Assembly: GCA_050246815.1 (NCBI GenBank)
Contig: JBFWVI010000002.1
Coordinates: 1 to 64,000 of the forward strand
Direction: 5' to 3'
DNA from: Bdellovibrionales bacterium
Lineage (GTDB): Bacteria > Bdellovibrionota > Bdellovibrionia > Bdellovibrionales > UBA1609
DNA length: 64,000 nucleotides
This document shows, one piece after another, positions 41,671 through 50,155 of this stretch. Below the pieces are notes generated by a model. It was not told where the DNA came from. It saw only the letters and a program-made list of their open reading frames with translations, and searched no databases. The position numbers were made by a program, and so were the translations under genes. Every line of letters begins with the position of its first letter. Positions within the stretch are counted from its first letter, which is position 1.

Positions 41671-42549
41671 TCAGCGCCAAAAATACGTGAAAGACAGGCT
41701 GCCGTAGCGGTTGTCCCGGGGATCTTCTTCAGATTTTTCGGGTTTTGAGCTGCCGACCATCAAACCCACACGCCAATTGCGATGAAATTTATAACTTCCG
41801 CTCAGCTGCACGCGACGCGTTCGGACATCGTCTAAGGCTGAACGCGAGGTGGCCAGTTGTATACTGCCTGACATTTTGTTTCTGGACGCCGCGACTTCGA
41901 TCCCACCATCGGTGGCCGGAAAACCTGTGACGGTGGTCAGCACCGAGGGTGGCATCACTAAAACGCGTAAACCTTCGGTGTATTCGCCTAAGTCTTGGTC
42001 ATAGCGGTGTGCCGTAAAGAAAATCCGTGCGCTCCAAACCTCGTCGATCATGTAGTCAGCGCTGATGGAGCCAAAATCATCATGAAGCTCGGACTCGCCA
42101 TTGGTGAATATCAGCTTGGGCAAATTTGAAAATTTGAGAGTCTCACGGCCTCCACTTAGGCGGATGACCCAATCGGCCGGGGCAAAGATGACACCTAAAT
42201 TTAAGCTATGGGCGACCACATCATCGCCCATGCGCCATGTTCCGTATTCCAGATCAGCCGTGAAAAGATTAAGCGGGTTGGTGCCGATCAACAAATGCCC
42301 ACCCGTGACTGTGCTGTCGGCCTGTTCTTCTGAGTCTGGAACTTTGGAGGAGTCGCCCCCCACGTTCAGCTGCCAGTTTCCAGGTAAATAGAAATTCAAA
42401 TCCAGGGCACTGTTTTGCGTGCCTTGGCGATCGCCGCCCAGGGTCAACGTCGCGCTGGAAGGAAGTTTGATTTCATCGGCACGGGCTAACGCATTTTGTG
42501 TCAGCGCGAGACCCAATATCGCAAAGATCAGCTGCCACTTGAACGACAT
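41671..42549 (-). CDS. Outer-membrane beta-barrel protein
   Basis: Signal peptide ending ARA; alternating strands; terminal YGSLSFTYFWR. Confidence 0.7.
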   Translation of the reverse strand: MSFKWQLIFAILGLALTQNALARADEIKLPSSATLTLGGDRQGTQNSALDLNFYLPGNWQLNVGGDSSKVPDSEEQADSTVTGGHLLIGTNPLNLFTADLEYGTWRMGDDVVAHSLNLGVIFAPADWVIRLSGGRETLKFSNLPKLIFTNGESELHDDFGSISADYMIDEVWSARIFFTAHRYDQDLGEYTEGLRVLVMPPSVLTTVTGFPATDGGIEVAASRNKMSGSIQLATSRSALDDVRTRRVQLSGSYKFHRNWRVGLMVGSSKPEKSEEDPRDNRYGSLSFTYFWR

Positions 42550-42550
42550 T

Positions 42551-42979
42551 TTAGTTGTCGCGACGACGGCGACGAATGCGCCCGCGCTGTTCGGGTGTCA
42601 AATTTTGCCAGCGTTGAAAGCGCGAACGCATCTCTTGTCGTTTCTCGGGTGACATCTGCCGCCAGCGTTGCATTTGACCGCGCATTTTTTGCCGTTGCTC
42701 GGGGCTCATTTGACGCCAGCGCCGCACGGCTTTGCGAATGCGAATTTGCTTTTCTGCAGGTAATTGACGAAAGCGTTTGAAGGCTTCGCGAATTTTAGTT
42801 TTTTGCTCGGGCGAAAGGTTTTTGAACTTTTCCCAGCGCTCACGAACTTGTTGTTGCTGTTCAGGCGTCAGGTTTTGCCAACGTTTTTGCGCATCGCCGC
42901 CTTCGCCTTCGGCCCAAGCAGGTAAAGCCGAGCTTAAGGCCAGCCAACCACTCAACAAAATAAAATCACGGCGTTTCAT
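42551..42979 (-). CDS. DUF3106 family protein with Tat-like signal peptide
   Basis: KRRDFIL...AWA leader; six (W/F)..(L/M)(S/T/P)(P/A)E(Q/K) helical repeats; very Arg-rich. Confidence 0.85.
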   Translation of the reverse strand: MKRRDFILLSGWLALSSALPAWAEGEGGDAQKRWQNLTPEQQQQVRERWEKFKNLSPEQKTKIREAFKRFRQLPAEKQIRIRKAVRRWRQMSPEQRQKMRGQMQRWRQMSPEKRQEMRSRFQRWQNLTPEQRGRIRRRRRDN

Positions 42980-42981
42980 GG

Positions 42982-43116
42982 CTATTTCTCCTCTTGCTCA
43001 GAGGCCTCGGCCTCTTCCAGGTTTTCCAAGGTTTCCCACTCGGCTTCTTGGTCGCTGACATCCATATCCAAAAGCAGGTCTAAGTTCTTCAGCATTTCTG
43101 GATCTAGCTGTTCCAT
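42982..43116 (-). CDS. 44-aa acidic small protein (not in ORF track)
   Basis: MEQLDPEMLKNLDLLLDMDVSDQEAEWETLENLEEAEASEQEEK; GAGGAG RBS 8 nt upstream; exactly fills the gap within the operon. Confidence 0.75.
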   Translation of the reverse strand: MEQLDPEMLKNLDLLLDMDVSDQEAEWETLENLEEAEASEQEEK

Positions 43117-43430
43117 GATTCCAACTCCTCAAGTTCTTCGAATAAATCTAAATCTTCCAACATTTCCAATTCGTCTGCAGCAATGGTCTCGTTTTCGGTG
43201 TCGCCAAGCAAAGAGAGCATTTCAGCATCGACTTCATCTGAAGTGGACCAGGGTGCGCGTCGCACCCACAGCAGCGCCATAGTCGCCGCGCCCACGGGCA
43301 CGGCGGCGATCAGCCAGCGCCATAGGCGCTCCGCACGTTGATCCGCGCGCAATTGATCCAGTTCAGGTTGCACCGCGCGTTCCACGGCTTGGCGGTGCTC
43401 AGAGCTTGGGTCTTCTTTCAGCCAGCTCAC
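43104..43430 (-). CDS. Putative anti-sigma factor (single TM, acidic C-terminal tail)
   Basis: GTGA-coupled to the ECF sigma gene; one TM (WLIAAVPVGAATMALLWV); tail LEMLEDLDLFEELEELE. Confidence 0.7.
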   Translation of the reverse strand: MSWLKEDPSSEHRQAVERAVQPELDQLRADQRAERLWRWLIAAVPVGAATMALLWVRRAPWSTSDEVDAEMLSLLGDTENETIAADELEMLEDLDLFEELEELESWNS

Positions 43431-43972
43431 CCGGCCCCCTTGAGCTGCTGCTCCAAAGTACGGCGCGCACGAAACAGCAAGGATTTGACCGAAGCCGTGG
43501 TGGTGTCCAGCTCGCGGGCTAAATCTTCGTAAGAGACTTCTTCGCTTAGCCAGATCACCAAAGCGACACGTTGTTGATCGGGAAGGGCTTCGATCAACTT
43601 TTTTATTTTTTGAACTTCGCTTTGCTGATTGAGCAAATTTTCGACTTCGTGTCGCGCAAAAGCGGTGGTGCTTTCATTGGTATCCGCTACGGATTCCAGT
43701 GCTGAACGCGAGCGAAGCAAATTCAAGGCGGTGTTGCGCACGATATTCAAAAGCCAGCTGCGAAAGGTATTTCGATCTTGGTACTGGCTCGCGGCGCGCA
43801 CCACTCGCATCCACACTTCTTGTGAAACATCTTCGGCTAGGCCATGGTCTTTGACCATCCGCTTGCCGTAGCCCAAGACAACAGAAGCATGTCGGGCGAA
43901 AAGCTCACGAAAGGCGGCGCTGTTGCCTAAAGCGATTGCTTTCATAAGTTCACCGTCCGACACATGTTTCAT
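43427..43972 (-). CDS. ECF sigma-70 family RNA polymerase sigma factor
   Basis: AEDVSQEVW, FRSWLLNIVRN (region 2); LPDQQR...SYEDLA...VKSLLFRAR (region 4). Confidence 0.95.
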   Translation of the reverse strand: MKHVSDGELMKAIALGNSAAFRELFARHASVVLGYGKRMVKDHGLAEDVSQEVWMRVVRAASQYQDRNTFRSWLLNIVRNTALNLLRSRSALESVADTNESTTAFARHEVENLLNQQSEVQKIKKLIEALPDQQRVALVIWLSEEVSYEDLARELDTTTASVKSLLFRARRTLEQQLKGAG

Positions 43973-43974
43973 TC

Positions 43975-44877
43975 CTATTCACAGTAATTGATATTGATAT
44001 CTTGGCTCAAGCCGCCTTTGACCAAGGTCGCGCTGCCGCAACCATTGAAAGTGACGGAACCCGAACCGGTCACAGAGCCCGAGTACGACACGCTCAAGCT
44101 TCCAGAGATGGGGTGACAGCAAGTGCCGCTCCAGGTGAGTTGGCTTGGGGTGTAGGTGGCGGTGAATTTGGCCAAGTTGTGAATCACTTCAAAACTTCCG
44201 CCATCCACAACGCGACCGTTGCGCGCCAAGGTGTTCAAGACATTCATGGGGGCGGTTGTGCGCACTTGAATGTCAAAGAACGTATTGCCACTACGGACAA
44301 ACGTCTTGCGCTTGCCAGCCACATCAATTTGCCAGCTGTTTGCGCCTAGGCGAGTCAAGTTGCCGCCACCGCCAATACTATTGCCGCGGTAATCGGTGTG
44401 ACTTGCACTTGAGACCAAGAGTTGCCCGCCGTAAAGACCATTCATGGCGAAGTCGTAGGAGCGGTTCACGCTGTCGCCCACATCCAGATTGCAACTCAAG
44501 TCCGAGTAGGTCAGAGTCACTGAGCCATTTAAGGTACGGCCACTGGGTAGTGAGCAATTGCTGTACAGCGTGCTGCGTGTGGCAGAACTGACGCCACTGA
44601 CACACATCTCGTAAAGCGCACGACTGCAGGCTGCTGCCTGGGCCTCGGGCACGATTTGGTTGAACACGCGAGATGCGTATTCGCTGAAGGTCGGTTTGCT
44701 TCCCATCACCAGCGAAGAGCCAACTTGATCATCGGCCACGGCGCTGACCGCGGTGATGCCGCTTTCAACCGAAGTCGAGATCGTGTCAAGGCTATTGCTG
44801 TCTTCAAGAATCTTTTGCCCGCATCCCACCAACGTCCAAATCAGGGCGAGTCCCATATAAGCAGTCGTGCGTTTCAT
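43975..44877 (-). CDS. Hypothetical Ser/Gly/Cys-rich lipoprotein
   Basis: LVGC lipobox; beta-rich; AGGAGA RBS; ends 2 bp before the ECF sigma start. Confidence 0.75.
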   Translation of the reverse strand: MKRTTAYMGLALIWTLVGCGQKILEDSNSLDTISTSVESGITAVSAVADDQVGSSLVMGSKPTFSEYASRVFNQIVPEAQAAACSRALYEMCVSGVSSATRSTLYSNCSLPSGRTLNGSVTLTYSDLSCNLDVGDSVNRSYDFAMNGLYGGQLLVSSASHTDYRGNSIGGGGNLTRLGANSWQIDVAGKRKTFVRSGNTFFDIQVRTTAPMNVLNTLARNGRVVDGGSFEVIHNLAKFTATYTPSQLTWSGTCCHPISGSLSVSYSGSVTGSGSVTFNGCGSATLVKGGLSQDININYCE

Positions 44878-44909
44878 GGTCTCTCCTTTATTTCTTAATT
44901 AAACTAAAA

Positions 44910-45230
44910 TTATTGATCACGTTTTTGTTCGTCATGCTTTTCATTGTAAATGCGCTCACTTTGACGGTCTTGAGCACCTTCGATACGGGCGGCCTCATTG
45001 GCGGTCACGCTGCCATCGGATTCGGCACGGCGCTCAAGGCGGCGCACATGTCGTTCACCGGCACGCAATTTTTTGGCTTCACCGCGAGTCAATTCGCCGC
45101 TTTTTACGCCGTCAGCGATGCGAGCGCGCTGATGCACTTGGCGACGGTCTGCTCGGTCGGCCAAGGAGGCTTGGGTAAACAAGACGGTGCCGATGACGGC
45201 GATCAAGTTGAGGGTCAATTTTGAGCTCAT
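44910..45230 (-). CDS. Small secreted helical protein
   Basis: Signal peptide ending ASLA; RQ..QRARI..GVKSGELT..E and DGSVT..E..RI repeats; IYNEKHD. Confidence 0.8.
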   Translation of the reverse strand: MSSKLTLNLIAVIGTVLFTQASLADRADRRQVHQRARIADGVKSGELTRGEAKKLRAGERHVRRLERRAESDGSVTANEAARIEGAQDRQSERIYNEKHDEQKRDQ

Positions 45231-45279
45231 GGTTTGGTCCTTCGTTGGCCAGGCGTGATTGCCTGCGCACTACAACTAG

Positions 45280-45306
45280 TAAACCCGTGAAAAGGGCGAA
45301 AGTTGC
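45280..45306 (-). promoter_or_regulatory. Candidate ECF-dependent promoter
   Basis: Minus strand GCAAC-N17-GTTTA, about 50 bp upstream of the first gene of the ECF operon. Confidence 0.5.
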
Positions 45307-45447
45307 GCGCTTTTTAAAATAAATTTAGCTGTTTGATTTCAGGGGTTTGAGGCAGGTCCTGTGTCATATTGAGACAGGTCTAAAGTCGGACCTGAAACGA
45401 AGCCTGGGTGGGGTCGTTTGGGCACACTCATTGAATTCACAAAATAA

Positions 45448-46389
45448 ATGCATTTTATTAAAGCCCATAAACAGATTTCAGCTGCAGTTTTTATAGTGTT
45501 GGCTCTTTGTCAGGCAGCCCGGGCAGAGGACCCTTGTGATATTTTGCTGGGCGCTGGCCAGCAGATCCGCTTTGGGTCTTCAGAAGGGCCGCTCGAGGGA
45601 TTGAAATATCGGGATGTGGCGAATTTAATCGATTTGGCCAATCGCGCGCTAGGGCCTGATTTTCGTCTGCCCAGCCCGATTTCTGTGCATATGCAGCCCC
45701 GAGGTTTTCAGGCTCAGTACATGCTGCTGCCGGCACCTCAAAATCCGATTTTATTGCTGAACTCGGTTCATACCTCTTTGGATGGGCGGACGGCGAACAC
45801 CCACAGTCAGGGCCAGGGCGTGGTTTTGCACGAGTACACTCACTTGATTTATGAAACCAATCTGCGTGCCGATTTACCCGAATTTTTTACGGCCTATCAA
45901 AAGCTAGATGACGCTGTTTTTGCGGGCTATATGGAAGAGCCGGTGAGTGAAGAAACACTGTGTTTGGCGGAGCGACGCAATTCGCTTAAGCACATGTTGA
46001 CCTCTTACAGCGAATTGTTTGCTGATGTTGTGCCTGTTCTTGCGGCGGAAGACCTGAAGGTGATCAGCAAAGGCATTTATTTTCCCGGCGAAACCGACCC
46101 AACGGCCCGCTTAGTGGCGATGGCCCGGGATTATTCTGTGATTCACGATTTTACAACTTGGGCGGTCGCGGAACCCCATATTATTTTGGCCCCCCTAGGG
46201 GGCCACATTTCGCGCCAAGCTTTAACCGGGCCTGATTCAGGCGCGCACAAGCAGCGGACGGCCCGCCGCCTTTACCTGGCGATCTTGAGTGAAATCCGGG
46301 CGCGCGAAACCAGCGGCAACCTGCAGGCCGAGGTGGGCGAAATGAACGTCAATTTGCTTCGTGCTTTTGAAAAGCAATCGTCACGCTGA
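45448..46389 (+). CDS. Secreted gluzincin-like metallopeptidase
   Basis: Signal peptide ending ARA; VLHEYTH and a downstream SELFAD third-ligand motif. Confidence 0.6.
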   Translation: MHFIKAHKQISAAVFIVLALCQAARAEDPCDILLGAGQQIRFGSSEGPLEGLKYRDVANLIDLANRALGPDFRLPSPISVHMQPRGFQAQYMLLPAPQNPILLLNSVHTSLDGRTANTHSQGQGVVLHEYTHLIYETNLRADLPEFFTAYQKLDDAVFAGYMEEPVSEETLCLAERRNSLKHMLTSYSELFADVVPVLAAEDLKVISKGIYFPGETDPTARLVAMARDYSVIHDFTTWAVAEPHIILAPLGGHISRQALTGPDSGAHKQRTARRLYLAILSEIRARETSGNLQAEVGEMNVNLLRAFEKQSSR

Positions 46390-46402
46390 AGTTGTTACTG
46401 GA

Positions 46403-47335
46403 TTAAGATTCTATGCTCCACGTCGCCGGATCGAAGTGAAATGACCACCTTTGATTTACGGTTTTAGGAAAGCTGAGATCTGAGGACAGCAGGGGACTTG
46501 GTTGTAAAAGCGTTTTTTCGGGCGATCCATAAATTTGATCGCCAATCAAAGGACATCCTAGAGCTGCGAGTTGAGCCCTGATCTGATGTGTGCGCCCCGT
46601 GATCAAGCGAATCCGCGATTGATACGGCACGTCTGCGCTGGCCTGTGCGGCGTGCCTGGGCTGACAACTTAAAACTTCCAATTCGCAGCGCTGTTCGCCC
46701 GGCGCCGCATTTGATTGCATGGTCCGAGGTGGCTTCGAGCCGACCGGTGTGTAGTGCACATGTCGGCCGATCGGCACAGGGTGTTGAGTGTAAGCATGAT
46801 AAATTTTTTCGACCAACCCCTGTTTCTGCCATTGCTGAAACTGTTTGGTAAATTGCGTGTTTTTCGCCAGCACAATCAATCCCATGGTGATCTGGTCCAG
46901 GCGGTGAACGGGCCATAGAGGACCAAACTCGGCCAAATAAGCCACCAGATTTTCTTTCACGTTGTCCAGGGTGGCGTGAGTGGGTAGGCCTGCGGGTTTG
47001 ATGCTCACTAAAAAATCGGGTTCATCCGCGACAACCAGTTGCCGGGGCGTTTTTGTCGGCAAAGTGAAGCGGCGGGGCTCTAGGTGAACTCGTAAATAGT
47101 CACCCGCACTCAAGGTGGCCGTAAAAGATTCGACTTTGACCCGTTGTCCTTGCACATAGACGGCGCCGATGTCCACCAGCTCGAGGGCTTGTTTAAAACT
47201 TAAAGAGGCCTCATGCTGAAGGCCCGGCAGCAGTTCTTCGTGGCCAGTTTTGCAACGAATGTGCAAAATGCGCGGCTTGGCTGGCGCGGCCGGGTTATTT
47301 TCGTTATACAAAGAAGTAGAGGTGTCTTTTTTCAT
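46403..47335 (-). CDS. RluA-family pseudouridine synthase
   Basis: S4-like N-terminus, KPAGLPTH, VHRLD, TGRTHQIR, GDQIYG. The real start is probably downstream of 47335. Confidence 0.9.
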   Translation of the reverse strand: MKKDTSTSLYNENNPAAPAKPRILHIRCKTGHEELLPGLQHEASLSFKQALELVDIGAVYVQGQRVKVESFTATLSAGDYLRVHLEPRRFTLPTKTPRQLVVADEPDFLVSIKPAGLPTHATLDNVKENLVAYLAEFGPLWPVHRLDQITMGLIVLAKNTQFTKQFQQWQKQGLVEKIYHAYTQHPVPIGRHVHYTPVGSKPPRTMQSNAAPGEQRCELEVLSCQPRHAAQASADVPYQSRIRLITGRTHQIRAQLAALGCPLIGDQIYGSPEKTLLQPSPLLSSDLSFPKTVNQRWSFHFDPATWSIES

Positions 47336-47807
47336 GAGTGATTCGCCGAACTATATCACGCCCGCCGGATTTCAAAAGCTGCAAGATGAATTCAAACGGC
47401 TTTTTCACGACGAGCGACCGAAACTGGTCGAAACCGTGGCTTGGGCTGCCGGCAACGGTGATCGCAGTGAAAACGGCGATTACATCTATGGCAAAAAACG
47501 CCTGCGCGAGATCGACAAGCGCCTGAAGTTTTTGCGCGATCGCATCGAAAGCGCCAAAGTGGTCAACCCCAAAGAGGTCCAAAGCGACAAAGTGGTGTTC
47601 GGCGCCACGGTCACCATCCTCGATGAAGACGAAAAAGAGCACACCTATCAAATCGTCGGTGAAGATGAAATCGAACCCAACCAAAACAAGATTTCCTGGA
47701 AGTCCCCCATGGCCAAGGCTTTACTTGGTAAAAAAGAGGGCGACGACGTCGAAGTGGCCCGCCCGGTTGGCAAACTCCACGCCGAAATCTTGAAAATCTG
47801 CTTCTAA
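47334..47807 (+). CDS. greB: Transcription elongation factor GreB
   Basis: NYITPAG, WAAGNGDRSENGDYIYGKKRLREID, ISWKSPMAKALLGK. Confidence 0.96.
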   Translation: MSDSPNYITPAGFQKLQDEFKRLFHDERPKLVETVAWAAGNGDRSENGDYIYGKKRLREIDKRLKFLRDRIESAKVVNPKEVQSDKVVFGATVTILDEDEKEHTYQIVGEDEIEPNQNKISWKSPMAKALLGKKEGDDVEVARPVGKLHAEILKICF

Positions 47808-47949
47808 ATTTTTGGCTTTAGAGGTCATGCGTAGATTGTTCGGCCTAGTTCGGTAAATTCGATAGCTCCAACGTGTTCACGGCTATCGACGGTCGCTCAA
47901 CCGGAGAAGAGTCGCTTCTAGGGAGGAGCTGTTTGGGCGGGCCCCCCTT

Positions 47950-48654
47950 TTAAGGCAGCAAATAGTGGTCGGCCACGCGCACGATGTGGAATCGGTTCAG
48001 GCCACCTGCTGTTGCCCGCCTCACGAAGTCTAAAATCGGCAAGGGATTGGCCATTGGATGAGTGGGCCACGGATCGCGCAGCGTGACCACAAGTGAGTTG
48101 ATCTCTTGCACTGCGCTCCAATGTTGCTCGAGTGGTTGGCTTAAATTGGCTTGCCAATGCACCAACACCACCTCTTGCCTGGCCACATATTGGCTGATTT
48201 GGTCAAGCGTAGCAATACCGGAGTTGGCGAACAAGCCCATGCGCAAAGCGGTTTCGGCCAAACTTGGGCCTGCGTTCAGCGTAAGACTTAACGCCACGCC
48301 CGGATACTGAAGCGGCGGGTACAGATTGGACCAGAATTCCAAACTCGAGTTGTAGCTGACGGTTTGATGCACCAGACCCGTGACTAGGTTTGAAAGCTCA
48401 TAAACATCGAAGAAATTCGTTGCCTGAATTTTACCAAAGTGGGCCAGCGCGATGGCCAGACTGGATGGCCCACATTTGCCATTTGTGTCCTGGCGGACCA
48501 ACGGAAGTTGTCGCGACAGTTGAGCCGATGTCGGCACCAGGGACAGTCCGGTGTTGAGCAACTCCCAATCACAAACCACGTTGGGCATCAGTGTAAAATT
48601 CGCTTGGGCCGAAAATGAAAAAGCCAATAAAACGGCGCAGATCAGAAGCTTCAT
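47950..48654 (-). CDS. Secreted C39-like cysteine peptidase
   Basis: Signal peptide ending AQA; RQDTNGKCGPSSL (Q...C), QHWSAV (H), LRDPW (D). Confidence 0.75.
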   Translation of the reverse strand: MKLLICAVLLAFSFSAQANFTLMPNVVCDWELLNTGLSLVPTSAQLSRQLPLVRQDTNGKCGPSSLAIALAHFGKIQATNFFDVYELSNLVTGLVHQTVSYNSSLEFWSNLYPPLQYPGVALSLTLNAGPSLAETALRMGLFANSGIATLDQISQYVARQEVVLVHWQANLSQPLEQHWSAVQEINSLVVTLRDPWPTHPMANPLPILDFVRRATAGGLNRFHIVRVADHYLLP

Positions 48655-48657
48655 TTT

Positions 48658-49137
48658 TTACCGCCTTAAGGTGTATGACACGCCCTGACCGCGAGTCTCT
48701 TCGACCGAGACGGTAAGGGCAGAAAATTTTAAATTTTTCGCCAGGGTATTGATTTGCCCGGCCAAGAAGCGCGACAACTCTTCGCTGGTGATGTTGACCA
48801 ATGGCAGTTCACGCACGTCATTTTGTGGAAAAGAATAGCGTCGGCCGGCAAAAGTCACTTCGACTTGGCCCGCTTCATGCCGGATTTTCAAGAAGGGCGA
48901 ATTTTGTGGCAGTAAAATGAACTCATCCAGTGCGGCGCATGCTTCACGGACCAAAGGTTTGATCGAATTAAAATCGAAAGCCAAACCCAGAATGGGATCC
49001 AGTTGCTCGACCAGTAAACTGACCTGAACATAATAATTGTGGCCGTGCAGGCGTTCGGCTTTTTCGGGGCTGAGGATGGTGAAATGGGTGCCTGAGAATT
49101 TAAAATTTTCCTTGGCCAGATTGATTTCAAAGCTCAT
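48658..49137 (-). CDS. 6-pyruvoyl-tetrahydropterin synthase/QueD superfamily, PTPS-III type
   Basis: FSGTH, ERLHGHNY, AFDF, TSEELS, VEET; Glu instead of the catalytic Cys. Confidence 0.88.
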   Translation of the reverse strand: MSFEINLAKENFKFSGTHFTILSPEKAERLHGHNYYVQVSLLVEQLDPILGLAFDFNSIKPLVREACAALDEFILLPQNSPFLKIRHEAGQVEVTFAGRRYSFPQNDVRELPLVNITSEELSRFLAGQINTLAKNLKFSALTVSVEETRGQGVSYTLRR

Positions 49138-49213
49138 TTTAAAGTCTCCGTTGGCGCCACATTGCCTTTGTGGGCGGCCACAGTCAAAATGGAATCTTGG
49201 GGTGAGGTGAGGA

Positions 49214-49558
49214 ATGTGGCAACCTATTGTTTTGCTAGTGATTTCAAACGTTTTTATGACCTTTGCTTGGTACGGTCATTTGAAAAATCTAAAGGCCGCA
49301 CCGCTTTGGATCGCCATCGCGATCAGTTGGGGCATTGCCTTTTTTGAATATTGCGCGCAGGTGCCTGCCAATCGATTGGGGGCGGGGGTCTACACCCTCT
49401 CGCAATTGAAGGTCATGCAAGAGATCATCACCATGGTGGCGTTTGCAGGTTTTGCGGTTTGGTACATGGAAGCCCCCATCACCAAAAATTATTGGTACGC
49501 CTGTGTCTGTTTGGTCGCTGCAGCATTTTTTATTTTTCGGGATGGGGCCCCGGCTTAA
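49214..49558 (+). CDS. DMT family protein (DUF486)
   Basis: SNVFMTFAWYGHLK, SWGIAFFEY, QVPANR, QLKVMQE. Confidence 0.92.
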   Translation: MWQPIVLLVISNVFMTFAWYGHLKNLKAAPLWIAIAISWGIAFFEYCAQVPANRLGAGVYTLSQLKVMQEIITMVAFAGFAVWYMEAPITKNYWYACVCLVAAAFFIFRDGAPA

Positions 49559-49561
49559 AGG

Positions 49562-50062
49562 TTAGAAGTGATAGCGTGCGCCGATGCCGCCGTCGATATC
49601 GGCATCGGTGGATTCAAGGACATCCATGATCAAGGCCAGCTCGCCAAAGACCTCGATGCGAGGATCGCGAAAGGTGTAGCCGACCCCGATCGGCAGGCGC
49701 ACGCCGATACGATAGTCGTCATCGTCGCGCCCGCGTCGATCATCGTCATAGACAATCACGCGACCACCCACGCCAAAATACCAGTCCAACGCAACTTGAT
49801 CCAGGTTTAGGCCGCCGTTTTTAAGCCAAAGATAATCGCCGTGCAGGTAGAGGTGCTCATCATCGTCTAAATCCCAAGCCATGGCGGCATCGATGGCATG
49901 AACCTTTGATGTCCCAAACTTGGCCGAGATGCCAGTGGGTTGGCCGATGATGATACCCAGACCTATGTCGGCCCGGGCCACGGAAACAGTGAGCGCGGCC
50001 AAAATAACAAAGCTCCAAGACAACCAGGCCATGGAGCGGGGGTTGATTTTGAACTTCGGCAT
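49562..50062 (-). CDS. Small outer-membrane beta-barrel (DUF3996-like)
   Basis: GLGIIIGQPTGISAKF, WYFGVG, GVRLPIG, GARYHF. Confidence 0.75.
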   Translation of the reverse strand: MPKFKINPRSMAWLSWSFVILAALTVSVARADIGLGIIIGQPTGISAKFGTSKVHAIDAAMAWDLDDDEHLYLHGDYLWLKNGGLNLDQVALDWYFGVGGRVIVYDDDRRGRDDDDYRIGVRLPIGVGYTFRDPRIEVFGELALIMDVLESTDADIDGGIGARYHF

Positions 50063-50155
50063 AAGAACCTCGACCAGGGTAAAAAAACTATTAAGCTGCC
50101 CGGTCGGTGTCTACACCTTGTCGCCGGAGCATCCGATAAGAACTGTAAGACAACT

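Noticed and set aside
47950..48654. Bacteriocin/RiPP cluster around the C39-like peptidase
   Set aside because: No precursor peptide, modification enzyme or ABC exporter nearby.
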